A stretch of DNA of 63,698 nt, counting the filler, from Chiloscyllium plagiosum (Eukaryota): the NCBI RefSeq assembly GCF_004010195.1. It is 4 parts of one record of this genome, joined end to end, with 100 filler letters (N's around TTAATTAATTAA, not from the genome) between each part and the next. Parts side by side here need not be neighbours in the genome. Positions count along the whole stretch, not along the records: positions 27,359 to 53,911 come from NC_057715.1; 3 more parts are not named here. One strand, written 5' to 3'. Within the stretch, counting starts at the first letter, position 1; each line of letters begins with the position of its first letter. Positions 37,680 to 49,061 of this stretch are shown one piece after another. A program made the translations under genes and the position numbers. The notes under the pieces were generated by a model. It had not been told where the DNA came from and did not search any database. It saw only the letters and a program-made list of their open reading frames with translations.

Positions 37680-40600
37680 AGTGGAATGGTTGAAAAATAA
37701 TATTTTTAGGTTTCGGACAGGCTGCAAAAGTCTTGCCTTAATCATCAGCTTTCCTGTTTGAACATATCAAAGTAATTTTGCCATGATGATGCACTGCTTG
37801 TCAAAGCAACTATTTACTGAATTTTTAAGTAGTTTATTTAGTTCATCGGTTATGGGTGTCACTGGCTAAACCAGATTTATTGTCCCATTGCTGTGGGTCT
37901 TGAGTCACATTTAGACCACAACCAGGTTGGGATGGCAGTTTCCTTCCCTAAAGGGCATTAGTGAACCAGATGGGATTTTCCTGACAATCAACGTTGGTTT
38001 TGTGGTCATCATTTGACATTTAATTCCAGATTTTTATTACATTCAAATATTGCCATCTGCAGTGGTGGGATTTGAACCCAAGACCCAGAACACTACCTGG
38101 GTATCTGAATTAATAATCTATCAATAATACCTTTTGGTCAATACCTTCCCGAGATTAGTATTGTGGAATAACAATTCTATTTTAGATCACTATTTTCAAA
38201 ATGTTTCATTCAAAATGAATTTACTCTAATATTTTTATCTCTGAATGTTACACTAACTTTATCACAGGCACACATATTATCATAAAATTAACACCAAAAT
38301 GTTGATTTTATTAATCACATCCAACATTACATGTGAAAATTACAAATATTTATATTTACTTATGCATTCAAGGGAAGTACTGTTCACTTACATTCCATCA
38401 ATGCAGTGTGCATAAAGACACCTTAGGATTAATTTGGACATTGTGCAATAGTGTAAGTGGATAATAATTATCAAACAATTTCACAATCTTTCAATTTGCT
38501 TCTTGCCATTTTACATGATTACATAAAGGTAAAATTCTACAGTCTCCTTTCACTCTGTCTACATTCAATAGCATGGATTGATACAAGTAATAATGGACAG
38601 AACAAGGATCAAACATATTTATCAAAATAAATTTGGTCTGATTAATAAAAATGTTGAACACAATGATTGTTTAGTTTGCAGCAAACGGTAGGAAGTTGCA
38701 CATACTGCTGACAGTTTGTATTGTGAAAAATGCCGTTTCTTTTGCAACAAAACTTTTTTTTAATTAAAAATATCTTTCTACCAAAACAATTTCACATTTC
38801 CAGTTTTTTTTCACAGAGATTTTGCACTAGATGGTAGAAGTACAGAGTGTAAAGCTTCAATTTTTGCCTATTTTTGGCACTTAGTAAAATTCTAAATGAT
38901 GTTAAATCCAGATGAATAGCTGTTTAAAGCACTGAACAGTAATTTGTTTCGATTCTAAAGGTAGGCAAACTAACAATTAAAACAGAATGGTTTTAGTCAT
39001 GTTGATTTCTGAGAAATTAGTTATATCCATTCACAAAATTTGTTCATTTTTACATTGATCAAGTATCAGCAAATATTGACATGATGCAGCCATTGGAAAC
39101 AACCTGTCATATAATGACTTGATTACCATGAACTCATTTTCAAACACATTTATTTTTTTCTTTGTCTTTTTTTCTGTCTCTATGAGATATTGGGATTGGT
39201 TTCCATGAGCAGGGTAAAACCATTTATTTACTATTCAAGGAGTCAGTCAGCAATCAATTCGGTATGGACAGCAATATCACCTAATGTTGTTCTCACCAAA
39301 CAACCACATGGACCAGGGATCCCCCAGTAGCCATCAAGTGTTGTTTTTTTGCTCTTCCTAATCTGGACACAATGTACCATGCCAACTGTAGTCACTGTAA
39401 GGCAATTTCTCTCAACATATATTAGGGAACTAACTTTAGAACAAGTCATACCCCTTTTAGTGAGAATATAAATTCCTATATTTCTCTCCAGTAATAGCTC
39501 AGGTACTTGTCTTCTGACTGTGATAAGAGGATGAATATGCAATTGTTCTGAGTCTTTTTTTAATATTTCTCCAAGTTAGTTTCTAGTGGGAATGTGAAAG
39601 AAGACTTGGGATAATTGCAATCTTGAAGTTTCATCCCTTTAGGAAAATACTCAAGCACAATTAGAGACTTCTCACAGCAACTAAATAGAGATAGGCAAAT
39701 GAAAGTGACGACAGCCATTCCAGGATTGTACCCCATTTTCTAAGGTGTAATCTCCACCCTCATGAATCTATATTTGTAACTAATTGACATAGGAACATCA
39801 GTAGGCCATTCATCCACTCAACCTGTTCTGTCATTCAATGAGATTATGCTGCAGCTCAATTCTGTTCATTTGTCTTTGCTACATATCTCTTGATACACTT
39901 GCCCAACAATATTCTATCAATCTTAGTCTTAAAGATTTCAAATGGCCCAAGGTCAACAACCACTTTTGGAGAAGTTGTTGGAATGTTATCATCCTCAGTG
40001 TGAAGAAACGTTTTCTGATTTCAATTTTGGCTCTCATTTAAGATTGGTGTCCCCTTGTTCTGGATTCTACTGACAGAGGAATTTATTTCTCTGTATTTAC
40101 CTAGACAAATTTCTTTCATCATTTTACACTCTTAGTTAAACACAAGTCAAACTTATGTAACCTACCACCATAATTTATTTCTCTTCACCTTCGTTTCATT
40201 CAAAATTAAAATATTACAGATGTTGTAAATCTGAACTAAAAACAGAAAATGCTGAAAATGTTTAGAAAGTCTGGTAGCATATGTGAAGTAAGATATCTGC
40301 TGAGTACTTCCAGTATTTGCCATTCTAATTAATTTATATTGCAATTCTCTAACATCAAAACATATTGCCTGAGAATCAGTGCCCAAAACTGAAAGTATGT
40401 TCCAAATGGGGTCTGACCAAGGGTCAATACAATCAAACCACTTCTTTCCTTACTTTTCTTTTTAAAACTTCATTTTTAACATACTTTTGCCTTTTCAATA
40501 CATTTGACTGTAAACCAGCTTTAAGTCATTTGTGTACATGAATATCTTAGCTCTTTTTCAGCTTCTCTCTTCTTAATAATGAGAAAATACTAAGATTTGT

Positions 40601-42547
40601 CTCAGATCAATTTCCCCACTTTGACTGTCACATGCCATAGTTTTGTCAATTCATTCAGTCTGTTTTTGTCACTTTGCAACTTCTTGCTCCTTTCTCCACA
40701 ACTTTGCTCTGCTTCCCACTGCTATTTGTAAACTTATACATAGAACTCAATTGCTTCTCGCAAATCTTGAACACATATGGAAATTGGTCAGGATTCTGCA
40801 GAGATCACTTGTTGTTAACTCATACCAATATGACAGCCATGGGACAGAGGGCATATTTAATTCCTAAATGATCTGTGGGCTGGGCCTGATGCACTAGCTG
40901 GTCTTTTCCTGATCATTATTTTCATATATTCCATCAACCTGTTTTTAAAGGGACTTTATTCCCTTTTACCATTCTTTTCCTTTTAATATATTCAGTAAAC
41001 TATTATTGTTAGCTTTACATTCCTTAAAATTTTATATATTCCCTTTTCCAGCTCTTCTTCTTTAGTTATTTCTCTTTATTGCTTATATTATATAACTCTC
41101 AGGCCCTTGGCTTTAATCCATTTTGCATTCCCTCCAGTGTCCACTCTGGTTTAGTTAGTAGGTCTGTCTTCTGATAGAGGTTGTGGGTTTAAAGATCCTG
41201 AGCACAAAATCTAGGCTGATACTCCAGTGCAGTACTAAAGAAGTGCTAGACAGTTGGAGGTTCCAACTTTCAGATGAGATATTGAAATGAGGCCATATCT
41301 GGCCAGACAAGTAGAAAGAAAAGATCCTATTGTATTTCATTGAAAAAGATCTGAGATACTCTGCCAGCTGTACTGGACAATGTTCATCCCTTCCAACAAC
41401 TCAAAGAGAGCTTGCTCTGGGACCTTGCTGCATGAAGTTGACTGCCTTGCTTCCTACGTTATAACTGTGACCACCCTTCAAAAGTGCTTACTTGAGTTTA
41501 ATGTGAATATCATGAATGATGCTTAATAACCTCAAATCTATTTTTCTTATATTTTTATATATTTCATCCATTTAAAACACAGTCATTCTGTGATTCCATG
41601 TCTCCTTGTTGGCCATGGTCACTTGACCACATGAGTAGTCTCTTTGTTTTTCAGTACAGCCTAGTTTTATATCATACAAAATGTTACTTTGAATGTTTAT
41701 TATTATTTGTCCATAGCTTTAACCATTAAGAACTCAGCCATTAAGAACTCAGACAAGTTCATTTCTTATTCCGTTGAATTTTGCCTTACTTAAATTTGAA
41801 ACTTTGATTTGTGATTCTTGCATCTCACTCTCAAATCTATTGTAAATTTTAATCATAATGGTCACTATCACAAAGTTGCTCCTTTACCATTAAGGTGAGA
41901 TGCTGACTCTAAGCTTATTAATAGCAATCTGTAACATTGCATTTGCGTGAAGGAGAACAAAAAAACGCTGTCCTTTTTTAATGTATCAGAGTTCAAAATT
42001 TAGATTGCAGAAGACAATTTTGCTTTTCAAGGGAAAATTGGTTTAGAGAAGGTGTTTCCTTAAAGGGCGAGGATAAAAACAAACTCAATAAACCCAGGCT
42101 GCATCCTTGCATCAGATACAAATAACATAAACTGAAACAACATTCAGGACAACAGTGATTAATGAGCTTCTAAAAAAAGAGACAAAAAATGAACAACAAT
42201 AAATTGAGAACAAAATTCAATGAAGAAATGAGATTTGTTTTGAATTTAGAGAGGCTGAATTGCAAAACCTTTTAAATTTAAATTAAGTTTGATGTAATTC
42301 AAATGCCATAAATTGGATGATTAAAACAAACATCTGATGGTAGAAGAAAACAAGTGAGGCTTAACATAGTTGGACAAATAAATGGTCAGTAGACTGAAAG
42401 GTTAAACTGTTCTTGAACTCAAACCGAAACATAGGCACTTTTACATTGTTTTTTCTATATGGTGCGCCCAAAAGAAAAAACGTTCAGGAGCCAAGACAGA
42501 TTCATTAGTCTTGATAACAGTCTGCTTCTTGAAACTGACTGAATGAA

Positions 42548-42720
42548 CTCACAAACTCTTAGCATTGGCCTGTACCTGTGTTTTGGGTTTTGCTGCTGTT
42601 TATCTATTATTTACTTATCTATGCTACTTAACTCTGTGATCTGTCTGTATTGCTCACAAGACAAAGCTTTTCATTGTGCCTCAGTGCACGTGACATAAAT
42701 TCAATTCAATTTAATTCAAA
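42548..42720 (+). mobile_element. Rex1/Babar-like LINE 3' tail
   Basis: GCTTTTCATTGTGCCTCAGTGCACGTGACATAAA followed by (TTCAA)n; same architecture as the tail at 56240-56290(-). Confidence 0.55.
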
Positions 42721-45420
42721 AGAGCACAATGTATTCAATAACAATGAATGAGTTGGCAGCATATTTGTCTCAATGCAAAAGGTTATAGATCAGAACCCCA
42801 CTCCAGGATCTAAGCACACAATCTGATAATCCAGCATAGTACAGTAGCAAAATTTCACTGTTAGAAATGCAATCATTTACAGAAGATGCTAAACCAAGGA
42901 TGTCTGCTTCTATACGTAGATATTAAAGATCCTGTGACACTATTCACAGAAAAATTAAAAGTTATTTCAGTGTCTTCCTAAATGTCCCTGCCAAGATCAA
43001 AATCACCAAAAGTAGATTAACTGACTAGCCATCTTAATGATATTAGTGTAATTTTGTTGCATGCAAAATGATTGTTTCAATTGCCTACAGAGGAACAGTT
43101 GTTGCTCTTTAAAGTAATTTATTGAATGAAAATACTTTTAGTTGTTTAGATATTCCTTTTAATGCTAGTTCTTCCTTTTATTTTGTTTTGGTGCAGTAGA
43201 GGCAAACTGATCAGTGTCCATTGAAATCACAATCTGAACCAACCAATAACAACACAACAGTAAAGTTGTCAGTATAAGTTTACAAAAAAAATGTAGCTGG
43301 CTAATCCAATTACAAGTAAAAGCAAAAAGTAAAAGTTGCCAAAGTCCTATCAGACTATAGGGCTGCTCTCTCATTAGAGACGGATCACTCGTGGTTTAGC
43401 CTAAGGGTTACTATGCCTTAGGAGAGGTTAAGAAGGAGAGTTCTTCATAGTAACCTCAGCCAATTACATGTAGAAATTTTGTAAAATAAATGATCAAATC
43501 ATTTTAGAAGCAATCTAAAGCAAGCCATTTGAAGAGTGGCTCAGGATAACCTAATTGATTTTACCAAGCTAAGGTATTTTAGTCCTCCTAGATTTAACCA
43601 TAATGAATAATAGTTGAGAATATCTAACTCCTCAGCAGGCAGTATCATACAGGATAACATTTCATTGGAACAAAGTCAACATATTTGATTCCTTCTCTTT
43701 TAAGGATCTTCTCTTACAATATTTTCAACTGTTGATTGGAAGGTGACCTGCTTCTCTGCTTCGGTCTAACAGCTCTCCAACTAGCCAGCAACAGGGATAT
43801 TTTTTTGCTGTGCATTTGAACCTTTTGTTTTCCTGTAAGGAAGCTAGTATAGTTTCACAAACAATTAATTTTTAAAAATTGAACATTTTTACTTCATTCC
43901 CAACACAGAGCCACATACTATGGTCATCAGCTCTACATGTTTTTCTAAAAAAGTTAACACTTAGGAGTATCATACTTCTGGTTGAAAAATCAACAGACTA
44001 TTGGCTGGATTTTACATTCCCAAATGAAGCACATGTGCTTATAAAAACATTCATGGTGTCAGATCAGCAACGTGACATCATTAAGTCAGTCTCCAATTGC
44101 AGTACCAGTGGCTCCTCAAATCATTAGCCCAATTTGAAATAATTTATTAATAAGCTGTTAAGATCATTAGTAAGCCATTCACTCACAATACTTCATTGCC
44201 TGCTGCATTTTTCAGGAGTCAAGTATAAAAAAGTTGGGAAGATTTTATGGCACAAGTGCAGTAGAAAAGACCGGCTGTGGTTGATCGTACTAGCACATTC
44301 TGCTGGGGGAGGTTACATTTTTTTAGAAAATGGTTGTGCATGGAATGAATAATAAAGTCTAATTTTGAGAGCAGGGAGACTTGAAATTCTAGTCAGGACC
44401 ATGGCATTACCCTTCCACCACATGACATTCCGGCCTAAAGGGCCAATTGCTGCACAGCCTTCTTTTGTACCAGTTTCTCAGAATCCACAAGTTATTTATT
44501 CACACCAAGGTATGATTCATTTTCTTATGTGAATATAGCTGCAACAAAAAAATTCAATCCAACATTTTTTTCCCAGTGACTCAAATTCACAAGAGCTTTA
44601 GTTTGTGGCATCTGATAATAGTTGCAAGATTGTGAGGGAATAACACATCGGGTTAATTGTTGGAAAGAAAGCTTCCTTTGCATTTACAATTGGCTCCCTT
44701 CCCACCAGATGGCAGGGACAGGAGCAAGTAGACCATGCAGTTTCTGTTCCACCTCCCTCAGCCTTCTGGAAGATGTAAGATCCAGCCCTTATATCTGTTA
44801 CTGGTTTTCTGACATCATTTCACTAATATAAATGCAGCAATTTACCTCATATTGTTGCTCCCCTGCATTAACCATGAAATGGAAGCATTATCTCTCTACT
44901 AACTTTGCTCTTGAATACTTTTATTCTCAGATGCCTAACGATTCATTCTCCTGCTGTTTTAGGCTGTTCCTTTTTATTTTCTATGTACATGTGTTTTTTT
45001 CAGATTAGTGGCTTAGAAATTAAATGATATTGTCCTCTTTTTGGATGAAGAAAATAGGTATTATGTTTCAAAAAATATGGCAAATGGGTCATTGCACTTA
45101 TTATTTACCAAAATATGCACTTAAAGTATATCTTTGAAGGTTGTTAGTATCTCCCATATCCAATTCCTATATCCTTCCTATATCCATCCTCCACCCCTAT
45201 TAGTTCCTCCCCATCCTCAGGCTCGTGAGGGCTATCCTCCACACCAGCAAGCTGCCTTGGGACGTATACAGGAATCAGCAGCTCATCTATATCATTTAAA
45301 TAAGGCCTGAGGTCAAAGTTTGCTTTGGCCTTCAGCCTTTCCATTCAGGCACTGGGATCATTCCCTAGGCCTATGCCCCAAGTGGAAAAAATATCAAAAT
45401 GAGAAATCTAAGCAATATGT

Positions 45421-45735
45421 GAGCGGCACGGTGGCACAGTGGTTAGCACTGCTGCCTCACAGCGCCAGAGACCCGAGTTCAATTCCCGCCTCAGGCGACT
45501 GACTGTGTGGAGTTTGCACGTTCTCCCCGTGTCTGCGTGGGTTTCCTCCGGGTGCTCCGGTTTCCTCCCACCATCCAAAGATGTGCAGGGTCAGGTGAAT
45601 TGGCCACACTAAATTGCCCGTAGTGTTAGGTATAGGGGTAAATGTAGGGGTATGGGTGGATTGCGCTTCGGCGGGTCGGTGTGGACTTGTTGGGCCGAAG
45701 GGCCTGTTTCCACACTGTAATGTAATGTAATGTAA
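45421..45735 (+). mobile_element. Young, near-intact HE1 SINE
   Basis: Pol III A box TGGCACAGTGG and B box AGTTCAATTCC, V-SINE-like core, retained CpGs, a 3' end resembling CR1 tails (GGGCCGAAGGGCCTGTTTCC) and a (TGTAA)4 tail. Confidence 0.92.
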
Positions 45736-47029
45736 AAGACAGGAGTTTAACAGTCTAGCTTATTGGATAGTATGTTTTCTGCAAATAAATAAGAACAATT
45801 TTAAACATTTGCACTGGATACTATAGTAGAAATATATTATAAGTATTATCCATTTCTATTTTCCTCTGCATAAGCTGGTCTCTGTCAGAATCACTGCACA
45901 GAAATAATGGATACTGCACAAAGTGACTTGATATAAAAAAAGGTTGTATGACTATCAATTTCACTCACTATATAGACTTAAACACAAAATGTTGGATTGA
46001 ACAATCTAAGCAATATAAGGGGACTCTTGTGGCTTAATCATAGTGCCCCTACGTCTGAGCCAGGAGATCCAGGATCAAGTCCCACATGCTCCAGAGCTGT
46101 ATGATATCTCAGAGACGGTTAATTAAAAAGTATCACTAAGTTATATAATCATATATTATTTCCCATCATTGTGAGAACATTTCTGGTGGTCATTCACTCG
46201 ATTATACTTATTGTCACTACATGTGAAAAGTAAGATTTAGTTATGCAAAAAGCATTATCAGACTGAAAATTCAAAAGGAATCAAATTTATGAAGGTAATA
46301 AAACAATATAGAAGGCAGACTTCTCTCCCTTCCAAAAATAGCTTCAAGGGAATAAATGTTGTACTATTTACCATTTTACGTTTTAAGTATTTTCTTTGTG
46401 ATGAATACAATCTGGCCTGATTATGTAATCATTCCCTGATCATAATTATGTAACCATTTTACATATCAGTTTATTTTCTTCTTCTGTGGATCACAAATGT
46501 CCAATGAATCAACACAATCTGATCCCAGAATGGATTGGCTTCAGGTGCCATCCTACTGCAGTTTGTTTCCTCTGCTGTACTTTGAATTGGTGGAAATTCA
46601 TGATCGTCTTTTGAAGAATATCATCTGAGCAAAAGATATCGGCATGCTGTCTATTTTTCATCATAAAGGTGTATGGGATTTGGTTCAACTTCTCATCCAC
46701 TGTTTGACAAATATATTTTGTATTCCCTCACAAATACCTTTTTTGTTCACATTAGCTGTTCTATTTAAAATTTAGTGTGTCAAACAATTCTTGTTCTTTT
46801 CTAAGAAGCATTTGTGAGCTATAAATTTTGTGTTTGCATCTGTGCTTCTTAAAATTTCAAATTGCTTAATGTTTCTAGGCACGATTCTATGACATCACAA
46901 GAGAAGCCCTTTGCCAAGTGATAAAAGTTCTGTCACACGGTGTAAACATTACGAGTGCAAACAGAATATCACACTATTGTGCTTATCCTTACAAAATACA
47001 TGCTTCTGGAGTGATGTAACATGCACTTC

Positions 47030-48958
47030 TTAATTTTCCAACCGTAGCTTTTCAGAGACTATTTTTTTTGCAGTTCCCTTGGTTGCCAAGACCTTTGCAT
47101 TTGTTCCAGTGATGCCTTTGTTATTGGGTCTAGGAATTGATGTCTTAGCAACAGGAATTTTGGTTCTTGCAGGCTCATATCCTACCAACTGCTGATGTGT
47201 CTGAGGCCAGTGAGTGTGATTTGCTTCACTCTGTCGTGCAATTGAAGTGGCCCGATGCCTGGGGATAGCAGATACATTCTTCTCCTTGGAAATTGTAGTA
47301 ATGTTGGATGCAGTAATATTAGATGTGGACACAAGAGGTTTTGGAGACTGGATTTTTGGTTCAGATACAGAGGACATTTCTTCATCTGAAACAATACTTG
47401 TCAGACTTTCATCTACATCTGCAAACAGATCATACAGAACATCTCCACTGTAACTGTCTCTTGGAATACTTGCCCTGGTAGCAAGTGTTTTCCCACTTTC
47501 ATCATCAGGTCCAGGGGTTGTAGAGTCCCAGTATCCCTCATCACTATTTGGGACACAATCTTGTTGATCACTCTTAGTGGTCATTGGGTCTTCATTATCA
47601 TTTTTAGTTTTGGGAAAATCATTCAAAGTAAGCTGTTTGACTAAGGTTCCTTCTGCCGCATCACCAAGGCAAGTTGGAATTTCTGAAGCTATCCAGGGGG
47701 TTTGGTCAGCCATGGTCTGGTCCTGTTTGTCTTTAAGAGGTTCAACAGTTGATGGAGGTGTGTCCCAAAATTCTTGCAGATAGTCATCATCAACTTCATC
47801 TGGGCTTGCCATCTCCTCTCCTCCACCTTGATAAGTCAGAATATTTGAGCGTTTCTTTGCACCACCCTTTCCCTTTTCTGCAGGAGCTCCTCTTTCACAG
47901 ACATTCCCCTCATCATCCTGGTCAGCGATAATGTCTCCACACCCTGTAAATGAATCAAAGCTCTTTAAAGATGTAACATCAGAAAACATTAAGCAAATAC
48001 GATCAATTGATTGTTCTGAGGATGGATCATTATTGGGTGCACAGAGTGTTGAAGCTTCAGTGGTGTGATGAGATTCAGATCCAGTTACAGAAATACATTC
48101 GTCTTGTACATCCTGCCCCACATAAGTCAATCCTCCATCCTGTCTTTCCTCCAGCTGTTCAAAAGCCTTGACATTAGAATCTTGGTCCAATAATTGGCGG
48201 TCAGTTGTGACTTTCTCCAAATTTTTACATAATTCTGGAAGGCACTTCCCACTATTTGTGTGTTTTGATTCCTCAGTGAAGGTGTCCTCATTATCAGACT
48301 GCAATTCACAGGATAATTTGTTTTGCATTTCCAGTGCAGCACTTTCAGGTTCAGAGCAAGATTTCTGTGTCTCTTCTTTTACACATTCCAAGCTGGCAGT
48401 CAAAGAACTAGGCAGTGTAATAGTGCCATGGATTTCCAGGTACTCATCTTTTTCCTCTTTACTAATTTTGTCCTTTTTATGCCATTTCATGCTGCTGAAC
48501 AACCCTTTCAGTCCTTTCTTTTGTCTGTTGCAACTCTTCTCCTTCACCTGCTCAGAGTTTGAATGTACTGACTCCCCCTTGCCATTTTCTAATCTACTAT
48601 TCCTTTTTAGTAAAGAGAAAAAGCTGTGAGACTTAGCAATAGGTCCGCAACCACCAGCAGCAAAGCTCATACTGTTGACAATTTTTGTACTGGAATCATT
48701 GTCCAGTTGATAATTACTCAAAGATTCTTCCTTGGTGCTTACTTCCAGTCCCATATCAGCAATTCCATCATGCGTTTTGCTTCTAACAAGCCCCATTTTC
48801 AAGGAGCTTTTCCTATCCCCTTTGTTTTTCAGATTAAAAATACTAGGCATGGTGCCCCCTGATTTTTTCCTCCCAAATAATTTAAATGCTGTCTTACTTA
48901 TCTTGCCAGTTTGTTGTTCAGAAGCCGAAATATCATTATAATCACAATGCAAGTCCAT
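47030..48958 (-). CDS. AMER2: APC membrane recruitment protein 2 (AMER2/FAM123A), single coding ORF, 642 aa from first in-frame ATG
   Basis: Uninterrupted ORF with motifs I recognise from vertebrate AMER2: MDLHCD, GKISKTAFKLF..RKKSGGTMPSIF, GLVRSKTHDG, AKSHSFFSLLK, LTASLECVKEET, DRICLMFSDVTSLKSFDS, YQGGGEEMASPDEVDD, PNSDEGYWDSTTPGP, IPRDSYSGD, RTKIPV. The ORF track starts at a GTG (48967). The first in-frame ATG is at 48958 (context gacATGG), with in-frame TGA stops upstream. Confidence 0.96.
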   Translation of the reverse strand: MDLHCDYNDISASEQQTGKISKTAFKLFGRKKSGGTMPSIFNLKNKGDRKSSLKMGLVRSKTHDGIADMGLEVSTKEESLSNYQLDNDSSTKIVNSMSFAAGGCGPIAKSHSFFSLLKRNSRLENGKGESVHSNSEQVKEKSCNRQKKGLKGLFSSMKWHKKDKISKEEKDEYLEIHGTITLPSSLTASLECVKEETQKSCSEPESAALEMQNKLSCELQSDNEDTFTEESKHTNSGKCLPELCKNLEKVTTDRQLLDQDSNVKAFEQLEERQDGGLTYVGQDVQDECISVTGSESHHTTEASTLCAPNNDPSSEQSIDRICLMFSDVTSLKSFDSFTGCGDIIADQDDEGNVCERGAPAEKGKGGAKKRSNILTYQGGGEEMASPDEVDDDYLQEFWDTPPSTVEPLKDKQDQTMADQTPWIASEIPTCLGDAAEGTLVKQLTLNDFPKTKNDNEDPMTTKSDQQDCVPNSDEGYWDSTTPGPDDESGKTLATRASIPRDSYSGDVLYDLFADVDESLTSIVSDEEMSSVSEPKIQSPKPLVSTSNITASNITTISKEKNVSAIPRHRATSIARQSEANHTHWPQTHQQLVGYEPARTKIPVAKTSIPRPNNKGITGTNAKVLATKGTAKKIVSEKLRLEN

Positions 48959-49061
48959 GTCTGCCACGATCTTGTCCCTGTTTTCTTTCTGCAGACCACT
49001 GCAGCTGCCTGATGCTGACTTTCCCTCTAGCAGCCTCAGTGCTGCTCAAATTCAACTCCAT
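48942..49061 (-). promoter_or_regulatory. Out-of-frame upstream ORF (39 aa) overlapping the AMER2 start codon
   Basis: ATG at 49061 in gccATGG context, 103 nt upstream of the main ATG. Reads MELNLSSTEAARGK...GRHGLAL* and stops at TGA 48942-48944, inside the CDS. Whether it lies within the mRNA is not shown. Confidence 0.5.

Noticed and set aside
45144..45344. 66-aa acidic ORF on the minus strand downstream of AMER2
   Set aside because: No recognisable homology or splice context; it cannot be supported without a search.
45421..45495. tRNA gene
   Set aside because: The A and B boxes belong to the tRNA-derived head of an HE1 SINE, which continues into SINE core and tail.
48959..48967. GTG start given by the ORF track for AMER2
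   Set aside because: A good-context ATG three codons downstream gives the MDLHC N-terminus; nothing supports GTG initiation.
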